A stretch of DNA of 40,657 bases from Acidimicrobiales bacterium (GCA_040382135.1 JBEIGA010000003.1:1-40657); one strand, 5' to 3'. Positions 1 to 9,176 are shown, counted from the stretch's first letter. Made by a program: numbers and translations. Notes: generated from the sequence alone by a model not told the origin.

Positions 1-270
1 GCCGACCGTGCGGTCGCCGACGCCTGCCGGGTCTCGCTGCCGGTCGCCAGGGCCGAGCTCGCCTCGCTGGCGGTGAGCACCGAGGCCATGGCTCGTGCGA
101 TCCGCCAGCCGGTGCTCTGGCTCAGCGTCGCCGCCGCCGACCAGCCCCGGCTCACGGCGCTGTTCCGTGACGTGCGCTTCGGTCAGGTGGTGGGCTCGGG
201 CCACTTCCCCCACCTGGAGGTGCCCGAGCAGGTCAACGCCATGATCGACCGCTTCGTCGACACCCTCTGA
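1..270 (+). CDS. Alpha/beta hydrolase, C-terminal part (5'-truncated by window edge)
   Basis: Frame is open from base 1 to TGA at 268-270. It ends GSGHFPHLEVPEQVNAMIDRFV, the typical catalytic-His C-terminus of alpha/beta hydrolases. Confidence 0.8.
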   Translation, partial: ADRAVADACRVSLPVARAELASLAVSTEAMARAIRQPVLWLSVAAADQPRLTALFRDVRFGQVVGSGHFPHLEVPEQVNAMIDRFVDTL

Positions 271-285
271 GGCGCGTCGTCCCCC

Positions 286-1077
286 TCAGAACGGGTGCGG
301 TGACCCGGGCGACGGGTAGCCCGCGGTCAACCCGCCGTCGGCCACGAACTCCGAGCCGGTGCAGTACGAGCTCTCGTCCGATGCGAGGAACACGGCCAGC
401 CGGGCGATCTCCTCGGGCGTCCCGGTGCGACCCATCGGTGCGAGCCGACGTACGTGGTCGTCGATCGCCGCCTCCACCATCGCCCGGTCGATCCGCGGGT
501 CGTCGGCGAGCAGGGTGTGCACGTGCCCGGGGTGGATCGAGTTGACCCGGATGTTGCGCGGTGCGAGCTCCATCGCCACCGCCTTCGTCATGCCGCGCAC
601 CGCCCACTTGCTCGCGATGTAGGAGATGATGCGGGGCGCACCGACCATCCCGTCGATGGACGAGATGTTCACGATGGAGCCGCCGCCCGCCTCGGTCATC
701 GGCGCCACGGCCTCCCGCATCCCGAGGAACACCCCGGTCTGGTTGACCTCGGTGACCCGGCGGTAGCTCTCGAGCGTCGTCGACGCGAACGGTGCACCCT
801 CCGCATGGCCGGCGTTGTTCACCAGGACCGTCAACGACCCGAACGCGGCCACCGTGGCCGTCACGGCCGCGGCCCACGACGCCTCGTCGGTCACGTCGAG
901 GTGCAGGGCGAGGGTGCCGTGGCCGATCGCTTCGGCCGCCGCGGCCGCGTCCTCGTCGCGGATGTCGCCGATGCCGACCTTCGCCCCCTCGGCGACGAAC
1001 GCCTCGGCCATCGCACGCCCGAGCCCACGGGCTCCGCCGCTGACGAGGGCGACCTTGCCCTCCAGCCGACCGGTCAT
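286..1077 (-). CDS. Classical SDR, 3alpha,20beta-hydroxysteroid dehydrogenase (FabG3)-like, 263 aa
   Basis: MTGRLEGKVALVSGGARGLG, NNAG, NISS, YIASK, IRVNSIHPG, TGSEFVADGG. ATG at 1077 with an AGGAG SD. Confidence 0.92.
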   Translation of the reverse strand: MTGRLEGKVALVSGGARGLGRAMAEAFVAEGAKVGIGDIRDEDAAAAAEAIGHGTLALHLDVTDEASWAAAVTATVAAFGSLTVLVNNAGHAEGAPFASTTLESYRRVTEVNQTGVFLGMREAVAPMTEAGGGSIVNISSIDGMVGAPRIISYIASKWAVRGMTKAVAMELAPRNIRVNSIHPGHVHTLLADDPRIDRAMVEAAIDDHVRRLAPMGRTGTPEEIARLAVFLASDESSYCTGSEFVADGGLTAGYPSPGSPHPF

Positions 1078-1105
1078 GCGTCGCTCCTCGTGTCCGTGTC
1101 CGTGC

Positions 1106-2383
1106 TCATGCGGTGAGCACCGGCTCGCCCGGCGTGAACCGGACCGGGAGGTGCTTGATCGCGTTGAGCAGGTTGTTCCGGAGGCGCTCGGGCGGCCCCG
1201 ACGGCTCGATGTCGGGCAGCCGGGCGGCCAGGCCCTCGAACATGACCCGCAGCTCGAGCTTCGCCAGGCTCGCGCCCAGGCAGTAGTGGGGCCCACCTGC
1301 GCCGAAGGCCATGTGGTGGTTCTCCGTCCGGGTGATGTCGAAGCGGTGGGGGTCCTCGAACACCGCCTCGTCACGGTTCCCGGACGGGTACCAAAGGGTG
1401 ACCTTCTCCCCCGCCGCGATGCGGTGCCCGCCGAGCTCGCAGTCCTCGGTCGCCGTGCGCCGGAAGTAGTTGACCGGGCTCGTGAACCGGAGGATCTCCT
1501 CCACCGCGGTGCCGATCAGCTCGGGACGCTCCCGCAGGAGGGCCCACTGGTCCGGGAACTCGGCGAACGCCAGGAGGCCGCCGCTGATCGCGTTCCGGGT
1601 GGTCTCGTTGCCGGCGAGGATCAGCAGGGTGAAGAACATGTCCTGCTCGAAGTCGCTGAGCTCGACCACCGAGCCGTCCTCCATGGTGGCGGTCGCGCCG
1701 ATGAGCTGGGTCCAGAGGTCGTCCGCGGGTTCGCCCTTCTTGGCGGTGGCGAGCTCCCGGGAGTAGGCGATCAGCGCCATCATCGCCGGGAGGGCGTCGT
1801 GGGCCTCGCGGCCGCCCTCGGGCGCGTACTCCGGGTCCGAGGAGCCGAGGACCTGGTTCGTCCAGTGGAACAGCTTCTCCCGGTCGTCCATCGGCACGCC
1901 GACGATGTCGGCGATCGCCATCAGGGGCAGCTCCGCGGCGACGTCGACCACGAAGTCGGCCTCGCCGCGCTCGATGATCCGGTCGATGATCAGGTCGGTC
2001 CGCAGACGCATGGTCTGCTCGAGACGGGCCACCATCCGCGGCGTGAAGCCCTTGTTCACGAGCTTCCGGTAGCGGGTGTGCGCCGGCGGGTCGGTCATCA
2101 CCATCTGGGTGCCCACTCCCATCTCGGGGCGGGCGTCGGGAAGGGCGATACCCCCGGCGCCGTTGCGACCGGGCCCCGTCTGGTGGCTGTAGCGCAGCCC
2201 CGAGCGGTGCACCTCGGTGATGCGGTCGTAGGAGGTGACCACCCAGAAGGCTTCCTCCTCGGCGGTCTCCGGGTGCCTCCAGACCGGTGCCTCACGGCGC
2301 AGCACGTCGAACCAGTCGTGGGGGAACCGCTGGGCGAACAGGTCGATGTCCGTCAGGTCGATGTCGGCCAGGGTGAGGGTCAT
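1106..2383 (-). CDS. Cytochrome P450 (CYP124/125/142-like), 425 aa
   Basis: DPPAHTRYRKLV, I-helix LAGNETTRN, EEILR, heme motif FGAGGPHYCLG. ATG at 2383 with an AGGAGG SD. Confidence 0.95.
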   Translation of the reverse strand: MTLTLADIDLTDIDLFAQRFPHDWFDVLRREAPVWRHPETAEEEAFWVVTSYDRITEVHRSGLRYSHQTGPGRNGAGGIALPDARPEMGVGTQMVMTDPPAHTRYRKLVNKGFTPRMVARLEQTMRLRTDLIIDRIIERGEADFVVDVAAELPLMAIADIVGVPMDDREKLFHWTNQVLGSSDPEYAPEGGREAHDALPAMMALIAYSRELATAKKGEPADDLWTQLIGATATMEDGSVVELSDFEQDMFFTLLILAGNETTRNAISGGLLAFAEFPDQWALLRERPELIGTAVEEILRFTSPVNYFRRTATEDCELGGHRIAAGEKVTLWYPSGNRDEAVFEDPHRFDITRTENHHMAFGAGGPHYCLGASLAKLELRVMFEGLAARLPDIEPSGPPERLRNNLLNAIKHLPVRFTPGEPVLTA

Positions 2384-2411
2384 GGGTGCTCCTCCTCGGA
2401 CGGTCGGTGCC

Positions 2412-3542
2412 TCAGGCACCGGGTTCGATCGTGATCGCGATCGCAGCTGCGGACGGATCGGTGAGCGTCCGGACCGCGTCGGCGGCCCGGTCGAGCGGGA
2501 AGTGGTGGGTGTGCAGCGGGGCCACCAGTGTGGTCCGCTGCTCGAGGAGCCGCACGGCGTTGCGGAAGCTCCGGGGGTCGACCGCCCGGACACCGACGAT
2601 GCGGATCCGGCGGAGGGCGACGTCGTCGACGGGAAAGCCCGGAACGCCGTTGTCCCGGCCCTTGAGCCCGCCGAGCACGACGGTGCCCCCGGGGCGGACC
2701 ATCCGCAGGGCGTCGAGGACCGGGCCGGTTGCGTGCGGCGTCGTGTCGACCACGACGTCGACGCCCTCACCACCGGTCGCCGCGAGGACACGCTCGACGG
2801 GGTCGTCCTGGTCGACGTCGACCGTCAGGTCCGCGCCGAGCTCGGCGGCGAGCGCGAGTTTGTGGGCGTCGCGGGAGCCGACGCCGGTGACGGCGACGAA
2901 GGCCGCTCCTGCGGCCCGGGTGGCGATCACGCAGGCCAGGCCCCTCTGGCCGGGGCCGAGCACGGCGACGGTGTCCCCGTACCGCAGCGAGGGCGCCTCG
3001 ACCCCCCATGCGAAGCCGGCGCCGAGCAGGTTGTAGAGGGCGGCGATCCGGGGCGGGACGTGGTCCGCGACCTTGTGCGGCACCGCCCCCGGCGGCAGGT
3101 ACAGCGCCTCGGCGTAGCCACCCCAGAGCGACGGGGCGCGGGTCGTGGGGATGAAGCCGAGCGAACCGGGCTCGACGATGCAGGTGTCGCCGCGCAGGCA
3201 GGCGACGCAGCGGCCGCACCCGATGTCGGACTGGAGCACCACCCGGTCGCCCGGCTGCACCCGCCAGCGCGCCGCCGCCCGTTCGCCGATCGCCGCGATC
3301 CGCCCCACCGGCTCGTGGCCGGGGATGACCGGGTAGCGGAGGGGGATGCCGCCGGCGAACGTCTCGGCGTCCGTGCCGCAGATGCCGCAGGCCTCCACGG
3401 CCAGCACGGCGTCGTCCGGCCCGACTTCGGGGATGGCGAAGTCGGCGAGCTCGAACGCGCCGGGTCCGGTCTGGACGACGGCGGTCGCGCTGCCGCCCGA
3501 GCGGACCGGGACCTGGCCCCCGACAGCTTCGTCATGGGTCAC
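2412..3542 (-). CDS. Zn-dependent alcohol dehydrogenase (MDR family)
   Basis: CGICGTD, GHE, CGRCVAC...C structural Zn site, GPGQRG Rossmann motif. GTG at 3542 is preceded by TACAGT-N7. Confidence 0.9.
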   Translation of the reverse strand: MTHDEAVGGQVPVRSGGSATAVVQTGPGAFELADFAIPEVGPDDAVLAVEACGICGTDAETFAGGIPLRYPVIPGHEPVGRIAAIGERAAARWRVQPGDRVVLQSDIGCGRCVACLRGDTCIVEPGSLGFIPTTRAPSLWGGYAEALYLPPGAVPHKVADHVPPRIAALYNLLGAGFAWGVEAPSLRYGDTVAVLGPGQRGLACVIATRAAGAAFVAVTGVGSRDAHKLALAAELGADLTVDVDQDDPVERVLAATGGEGVDVVVDTTPHATGPVLDALRMVRPGGTVVLGGLKGRDNGVPGFPVDDVALRRIRIVGVRAVDPRSFRNAVRLLEQRTTLVAPLHTHHFPLDRAADAVRTLTDPSAAAIAITIEPGA

Positions 3543-3611
3543 TGACGAGACTGTAAGGCACGGTTGCGCACTGCGCCGGACGAACGGCGGCAACCGGGGT
3601 ACGGTCCGCCG

Positions 3612-4265
3612 ATGGACGAGACCCACCCGGTGCTGCCCCTCACCGTCGACGAGGTGCTCACCACCACGCGGGCGGTGCGCCGCCGACTCGACCTCGACCG
3701 CCCGGTGCCGCGCTCGCTCGTGGAGGAGTGCCTTCGGCTCGCGTTCCAGGCGCCGAACGGCTCCAACGGGCAGGACTGGCGCTGGGTCCTGGTGGACGAC
3801 CCCGCCATCCGCGAGGAGATGGCGCGGCTGTACCGCCAGGGCATGGCCGACCACGGTGCCCGCGACCGCTCGGGGGAGCCGGAGGCGCCACCCGCTTCCG
3901 AGCGCATGACCGCATCGGTGTCGCACCTCGCCGCCCACATGGCCGAGGTGCCGGTCCTCGTGGTGCCCACGATCGGTCGGCGCTACGGGGACACGAACAC
4001 GTTCCAGACCGCGAGCCGCTGGGGGTCGATCCTGCCGGCGGTGTGGAGCTTCCACCTGGCCCTGCGCAGTCGTGGCCTCGGCAGTTGCTGGACCACGATC
4101 CACCTGTACCGCGAACGCGAGATGGCCGACCTGCTCGGCATCCCCCACGGGGAGCACACGCAGGTCGGCCTGTTCCCGGTGGCCTACACGATCGGCACCG
4201 ACTTCTCGCCCGGCGACCGGTCGCTGTCGGCGGCGGCCGTGGGGTGGAACCGCTTCCCCGGTTGA
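3612..4265 (+). CDS. Nitroreductase family protein (resembles mycobacterial Rv3368c)
   Basis: VDEVLTTTRAVRRRLD, QAPNGSNGQDWRW, LRSRGLGSCWTT. Leaderless start TACGGT-N6-ATG. Confidence 0.9.
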   Translation: MDETHPVLPLTVDEVLTTTRAVRRRLDLDRPVPRSLVEECLRLAFQAPNGSNGQDWRWVLVDDPAIREEMARLYRQGMADHGARDRSGEPEAPPASERMTASVSHLAAHMAEVPVLVVPTIGRRYGDTNTFQTASRWGSILPAVWSFHLALRSRGLGSCWTTIHLYREREMADLLGIPHGEHTQVGLFPVAYTIGTDFSPGDRSLSAAAVGWNRFPG

Positions 4266-4281
4266 ACCCGGGCGGTCCGGC

Positions 4282-4785
4282 TCAGAGGTACTGGGCGGTG
4301 GTGCCGCCGAGCGGCTGCGCCCCACCGCCGAGCTTGCGGTGGTCCCAGGACCGCACCCGGGTGGGCTCCACGCGGATGATGGCCCGCTTGTTGAGCATCA
4401 TCTCCACGAACGGCTTCATCTCCTCGGAGTACGGGCCGTTGTAGCGCTCGAAGACGCTGACGCCGGCGGCCCAGAACTCCGGGTCCTCCGGGTCCTCGAT
4501 GAAGACCGCCTCGCCCTCGACGGACACGCCGCGGAGCTGGTCGTAGGTGAGGCCGGCCTCGACGGACACCACGATGCGCGGGTCCCGCCGGAGGTTCTTG
4601 ACCTTCTGGGACTTGAGCTTGGTCTCGAAGTAGACCTTGCCGTCGATCAGGCCGTACCACATGGCCACGAGGTGGGGCATCCCGGTCGGGCCGATGGTGG
4701 CCATGGTCGCCGTGCGGCTCTGCTCGAGGAAGGTGGCGACCTCCTCGTCGGTCATCGTGATCTGCGACCGCTGGTTCTGGCCCAT
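4282..4785 (-). CDS. PPOX-class F420-dependent oxidoreductase (FDOR, Rv2991-like)
   Basis: MGQNQRSQITMTDEEV, ATIGPTGMPHLVAMWY, KSQKVKNLRRDPR, RGVSVEG, SWDHRKLG. GGAGG SD. Confidence 0.9.
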   Translation of the reverse strand: MGQNQRSQITMTDEEVATFLEQSRTATMATIGPTGMPHLVAMWYGLIDGKVYFETKLKSQKVKNLRRDPRIVVSVEAGLTYDQLRGVSVEGEAVFIEDPEDPEFWAAGVSVFERYNGPYSEEMKPFVEMMLNKRAIIRVEPTRVRSWDHRKLGGGAQPLGGTTAQYL

Positions 4786-4798
4786 CCGTTCCTCCGTC

Positions 4799-4834
4799 GA
4801 TCGGCGCCGGCGGCGATGCCGGCGGGCGCCGATC
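4799..4834. terminator. GC-rich hairpin directly after the merE-like stop codon (candidate terminator or insulator)
   Basis: GATCGGCGCC (4799-4808) pairs perfectly with GGCGCCGATC (4825-4834). There is no U-tract. Confidence 0.45.
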
Positions 4835-5119
4835 CTACGGTCGGCTCTCCGATGTCGCCACCGGGCAGGCCCCGTTGGTGGCCTGGGCCCTGCGCAGCAG
4901 GCGGAAGCCGTACGCGGTACCGAGGACCCAGCTGACCGTGATGAGGGAGCCGGCGATCCACGCATGGTCCCGCAGCACGCTGCCGAGCCAGGTCCCGCCG
5001 AACACCGCGGTCAGGACGCCCAGCGTGAGCGGGAGGTGGCACGGACAGAGCAGGAAGGATCCGAAGACCCACCAGCGCCCACGACGCTCCAGTTCGATGT
5101 CCACCACCGGTACAGCCAT
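4835..5119 (-). CDS. MerE-like small membrane metal-binding/transport protein, 94 aa
   Basis: CPCHLP motif in a hydrophobic segment, followed by GGTWLGSVLRDH and a second TM helix, as in MerE. There is an extra C-terminal Cys (GACPV). Confidence 0.75.
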   Translation of the reverse strand: MAVPVVDIELERRGRWWVFGSFLLCPCHLPLTLGVLTAVFGGTWLGSVLRDHAWIAGSLITVSWVLGTAYGFRLLRRAQATNGACPVATSESRP

Positions 5120-5125
5120 ACCCAC

Positions 5126-5143
5126 AGTGTACCCCTAGGGGTA
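5126..5143 (-). promoter_or_regulatory. CsoR/RcnR-type operator overlapping the -10 box of the merE-like gene
   Basis: Perfect 14-bp palindrome TACCCCTAGGGGTA (5130-5143). It overlaps minus-strand TACACT (5131-5126), which lies 6 nt before ATG 5119. Confidence 0.7.
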
Positions 5144-5169
5144 TCTGCGGCTACCGCGCTCCGACCAGG

Positions 5170-5203
5170 ATGGGCCGGACGGCCCATGTGCCGGAACTAG
5201 GTT
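5170..5203 (+). promoter_or_regulatory. Arylsulfatase promoter: 18-bp inverted repeat over the -35 region plus -10 box
   Basis: ATGGGCCG-GA-CGGCCCAT (5170-5187). TAGGTT (5198-5203) lies 8 nt before ATG 5212. Confidence 0.45.
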
Positions 5204-5211
5204 CGGCACCC

Positions 5212-7491
5212 ATGAGCACCGTCGACGACCCTGGTCGCCTCCGACACCTCGCCGCAACCCCGGCCCGCCCGGCGGATCCGACCTACCGGCCGGGCATGCC
5301 CAACGTGATGATCGTGATCCTCGACGATCTCGGCTTCGCCGGCCTCGGCTGCTACGGCTCCGACATCGACACGCCCACGTTCGACGGCCTCGCCGCCTCG
5401 GGCGTGCGCTTCACCAACTTCCACACGACGGCGGTCTGCTCCCCCACCCGGGCGTGCATCCTCACCGGGAGGAACCACCACCGTGTCGGCATGGGGATGC
5501 TGCCGGACCTGCCCATGAACTTCCCGGGCTACAGCGGCGAGTTCCCCGATGGCGCCGGCACCCTCGCCGAGATCCTGCTCGACCGGGGCTACGCCACCCA
5601 CGCCATCGGCAAGTGGCACCTCGTGCCACGGGACCAACGGGCGGCGGGCCCGTTCCACATGTGGCCCACGGGCGTCGGCTTCGAGCGCTACTACGGCTTC
5701 CTCAACGGCGAGACCAACCAGTGGACGCCGAACCTGATCCGTGACCAGGCCCACGTCGAGCCGCCGCGCACCCCCGAGGAGGGCTACCACCTCGACGCCG
5801 ACCTGGCGGACGAGGCCATCGCCCACCTGCGCCACCTGCGTCTCGCCAACCCCGATCGCCCGTTCCTGCTCTACTTCGCGAGCGGCGCACCCCACGCCCC
5901 GCACCACGCCCCGCCGGAGTGGATGGACCGCTACCGCGGCCGGTTCGACACGGGCTGGGACGCGTGGCGGTCCCAGGTGCTCGAGCGCCAGAAGCGGCTC
6001 GGCGTGGTGCCCCAGGAGGTCGAGCTCCCGCCCCTGCCGTCGTACGTGGAGCCGTGGGACACGATCGACCCCGATCGGCAGCGGCTCTACGCCCGGATGA
6101 TGGAGGCGTTCGCCGCGTTCGTCGCCCACGTCGACCACCAGGTCGGCCGGGTCCTCGCCCACCTCGAGGCCACGGGCGAACGGGAGAACACGATCGTCGT
6201 CCTGGTCAGTGACAACGGCGCGTCGGCCGAGGGCGGTCCCAACGGCTCCTGGAACCAGATGCGCCACTACATCAGCGACGAGCCCGACGACCTCGCCACC
6301 GAGCTCGCCCACATCGACGACATCGGCGGCCACCGGGCCAGCAACCACTACCCGTGGGGATGGGCGCTCGCCGGCAACACCCCGTTCCACCTCTGGAAGC
6401 GCTACACGTACGCGGGCGGGGTGCGCGACCCGTTCATCGTCTCGTGGCCGGCTGGGCTGGGCGAGCACGCCGGCAGCGTGCGGGCCCAGTACGGCCACGT
6501 GGTCGACGTGCTGCCCACCCTGCTCGACCTGCTCGGGATCGAGCCGCCGTCCGCGCTCGCCGGCGTCCCCCAGATGAGCCTCGACGGCACGTCGCTCGCG
6601 CCGGCGCTCCGTGATCCGGCAGCGCCCGAGCTCCACACCACCCAGTACTACGAGTGCTGGGGCAGCCGGGCCATGTACCACGAGGGGTGGAAGGCGGTCA
6701 CGAACCACGTCAACCAGCTCACCCTCCAGGAGCGGGAGGCGCTCCCGGGCGCGCACCGGTTCGAGGACGACCGGTGGCAGTTGTTCGACACCCGCACCGA
6801 CCCCACCGAGCAGCAGGACCTGGCCGACACCCACCCGGAGAAGCTGGCCGAGCTCGTCGCCCTCTGGCACGAGCACGCGGAGCGCAACGGCGTGTTCCCG
6901 CTCGACGACGGTCGCGTCAACCGCATCGCCCACATGAAGTCGCCGTGGACGCAGTTCCGCCCCCGCCACGACCTGCGCCCCGGGGACAAGGTCCACGAGG
7001 CGGCGGCGCCGATCACCTTCGGCGGGTTCTCGGTCACGGCCCGCTTCACCGAACCCCTGGGCGCTGCGACGTCGGGCACCATCCTGGAGCAGGGCGACTG
7101 GATCGCCGGCTGGGCGCTCGTGTGCATCGACGGCGAGCTCGTCCTGCTGCACCACGTCGACGGCCACGTCGACCGCACCGCGGGCCGGATCCCCGCGGGG
7201 GCGAGGGTGCTGCGGGCCTGGGCCGAACCCGCCCCCGGCGGCGGTTTCACGACCACGCTGGCCGCCGACGACGACATCATCGGCGCCGGACGCATCCGGG
7301 CGATCCCGATGAGCTGGGCGCCCGACGGCGCCTTCCTGACCGTCGGCTACAGCCGGCCCTTCCCGGTCACCGACGACTACACCCCGCCGTTCCCGGCACC
7401 CGCGTCCCTCGCCCAGGTCACCGTCACCACCGGGCCACCCCCGCCGTTCGACCTCGAGGCCGAGCTCGAGCGCGTGCTGCGGCACCAGTGA
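5212..7491 (+). CDS. Arylsulfatase (Cys-type, formylglycine-dependent), 759 aa
   Basis: PNVMIVILDDLGF, CSPTRACILTGR (CxPxR), GKWHL, PHAPHH, SDNGAS, C-terminal beta domain. Confidence 0.95.
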   Translation: MSTVDDPGRLRHLAATPARPADPTYRPGMPNVMIVILDDLGFAGLGCYGSDIDTPTFDGLAASGVRFTNFHTTAVCSPTRACILTGRNHHRVGMGMLPDLPMNFPGYSGEFPDGAGTLAEILLDRGYATHAIGKWHLVPRDQRAAGPFHMWPTGVGFERYYGFLNGETNQWTPNLIRDQAHVEPPRTPEEGYHLDADLADEAIAHLRHLRLANPDRPFLLYFASGAPHAPHHAPPEWMDRYRGRFDTGWDAWRSQVLERQKRLGVVPQEVELPPLPSYVEPWDTIDPDRQRLYARMMEAFAAFVAHVDHQVGRVLAHLEATGERENTIVVLVSDNGASAEGGPNGSWNQMRHYISDEPDDLATELAHIDDIGGHRASNHYPWGWALAGNTPFHLWKRYTYAGGVRDPFIVSWPAGLGEHAGSVRAQYGHVVDVLPTLLDLLGIEPPSALAGVPQMSLDGTSLAPALRDPAAPELHTTQYYECWGSRAMYHEGWKAVTNHVNQLTLQEREALPGAHRFEDDRWQLFDTRTDPTEQQDLADTHPEKLAELVALWHEHAERNGVFPLDDGRVNRIAHMKSPWTQFRPRHDLRPGDKVHEAAAPITFGGFSVTARFTEPLGAATSGTILEQGDWIAGWALVCIDGELVLLHHVDGHVDRTAGRIPAGARVLRAWAEPAPGGGFTTTLAADDDIIGAGRIRAIPMSWAPDGAFLTVGYSRPFPVTDDYTPPFPAPASLAQVTVTTGPPPPFDLEAELERVLRHQ

Positions 7492-7919
7492 GCGACGCGC
7501 GCGCCCGGGCCATCCTCGTCAGCATCCTCTGCCGGGACCACGTCGCCCTCTCGGGCTTCTACGCCCGGGCCTTCGGGTTCCCCGAGATCGAGGTCGCCCG
7601 CAGCCCGATCTTCACGGCGCTCGACGCTGGCGGCATCACTCTCGGCTTCCACGCCGACGACGCCTACGACCTGCTCGGCCTCGCCGACCGTCGCGGACTC
7701 CCACCCAGCGCCACCCACGTCACCATCGAGGTCGGTTCGTTCGAGGACGTCGACGCCGCACTCGAGCCGCTGCTCGCGGCGGGTGCCACCCTCGTCCAGG
7801 GCCCGTTCACCACGTACTACGACGCCCGGCAGCTCGTGCTGCTCGACCCCGAGGGCAACGTGTTGCGGGTGAGCAGCAGCCAGGCCGGCGTCAGCGACCC
7901 TCCGCGAAGCGGAACCTGA
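7488..7919 (+). CDS. VOC/glyoxalase family protein
   Basis: GTG overlaps the sulfatase stop (GTGA). Motifs FYARAFGF, DVDAALEPLLAAGATLVQGPFTTYY, LLDPEGNVLRV. Confidence 0.85.
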   Translation: MSDARARAILVSILCRDHVALSGFYARAFGFPEIEVARSPIFTALDAGGITLGFHADDAYDLLGLADRRGLPPSATHVTIEVGSFEDVDAALEPLLAAGATLVQGPFTTYYDARQLVLLDPEGNVLRVSSSQAGVSDPPRSGT

Positions 7920-9105
7920 CCGGGAGGCGGTCGACGGCGTTGACCATCACCCGCGGCAGCCACCGCGGCTCCTCGGTGATCTCGAGGTCGTGGCAGTGGG
8001 TCGCGACCGTGGCGGCGAACTCCTGCAGCTCGGCGCGGGCGATCGCCTGGCCGAGGCAGAAGTGGGGGCCCATGCTGAAGGTGAACGACCACACGGTCGG
8101 GTCGCGGGTGATGTCGAAGCGGTCGGGGTCCTCCCAACGGGAGGGGTCGCGGTTCGGGCCGCCGATGACGATGGAGAACGGCTCCCCCGCGGCGAGCTCC
8201 AGGCCCGCCAGCTCGGTGGCCTCGGTGGTCTTGTTGCCGCTCGCGTAGAAGCCGGGCCGGTGCCGCAGGATCTCCTCCACCGCGCCCCGCTTGAGCCCGT
8301 CGGGGTCGGCGCGCAGCATCGCGGTCTGCTCGGGGTGCCGGGCGAGCTCGAGGACGATGCTCGTCATGAGGCTCGCCGTGGTCTCGACCGCGCCGCCGAA
8401 GATGTTGGTGAACAGCACGATCAGCTCGTCGTGGCTGAGCCGGTGCCCGTCCTCCTCCGCCTCGATGAGACGGGTGAGCAGGTCGTCCCGGGGCTCCGAG
8501 CGTCGCAGCTCGACCAGCTCGCCGACGAAGGCCATCAGGGTGGCGAACACCTGGTTGGCGTTGTCGCGGATCTCCTGGGTGACGTTCGGACCGAAGGCGT
8601 CGGCCGCCCCGTTCGCCAGCGTCGAGGCCATGGTCACGGCCTCCCCGGGCTCGATCCCGAGGAACTCGACGATCGACAGGAACGGGATGTGGCGGAAGGC
8701 GTCCTTCGCGTCGAGCGCGCCTGCATCGGCGTGGCGCGCCAGGGTGGCGAGGGTGTGCTCACGCACGAAGGGGCGGAGCCGATCGGCGGACTTCGGGGTG
8801 AGCGCCCGGTTCACGAGGCTGCGGAGCCGCCGGTGGTCCTCGCCGTTGCGGGCGCCGATCGACCAGCGCCGCCACTCGTAGAGGGCGTCGCCCGGCCGGA
8901 ACCCCCGTGCCTCGATGTACTCGAGCCCCTCGTTCACGACCTCGGGCCGCTTCTTCGCCTCCTCCGCGTCGTCCCAGCGGAGGAGCACCTTCATGCCCTC
9001 CGGCGTGACGGCCGTGCGGTTGCGGTCGCGCAACTCGGCCAGGATCGGGTACGGGTCCGCCCAGTACTCGTCGGTGTCCAGCGGGACGACGACCGGTGAT
9101 GCCAT
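7891..9105 (-). CDS. Cytochrome P450 (divergent subfamily), 404 aa
   Basis: DPYPILAELR, HRRLRSLV, I-helix FGGAVETT, EEILR, FSMGPHFCLG. Leaderless TAGGGT-N8-ATG. Confidence 0.93.
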   Translation of the reverse strand: MASPVVVPLDTDEYWADPYPILAELRDRNRTAVTPEGMKVLLRWDDAEEAKKRPEVVNEGLEYIEARGFRPGDALYEWRRWSIGARNGEDHRRLRSLVNRALTPKSADRLRPFVREHTLATLARHADAGALDAKDAFRHIPFLSIVEFLGIEPGEAVTMASTLANGAADAFGPNVTQEIRDNANQVFATLMAFVGELVELRRSEPRDDLLTRLIEAEEDGHRLSHDELIVLFTNIFGGAVETTASLMTSIVLELARHPEQTAMLRADPDGLKRGAVEEILRHRPGFYASGNKTTEATELAGLELAAGEPFSIVIGGPNRDPSRWEDPDRFDITRDPTVWSFTFSMGPHFCLGQAIARAELQEFAATVATHCHDLEITEEPRWLPRVMVNAVDRLPVRFRFAEGR

Positions 9106-9176
9106 GGGGCCGGACCCTAACCCCTCCCCCCGCCGACCTGCCTACGATGCGCGCCGGCGAGCAGGAGGGGAACCAG

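Noticed and set aside
3561-3596. Inverted repeat CGGTTGC-N22-GCAACCG
   Set aside because: Short GC-rich arms with a long spacer are compatible with chance.
4835-5143. Mercury-resistance operon or MerR operator
   Set aside because: No merR/A/T/P is present, and the palindrome resembles CsoR-type rather than MerR-type sites.
7891-7919. 29-bp convergent overlap of the VOC and P450 3' ends
   Set aside because: Short convergent overlaps are common in high-GC genomes.
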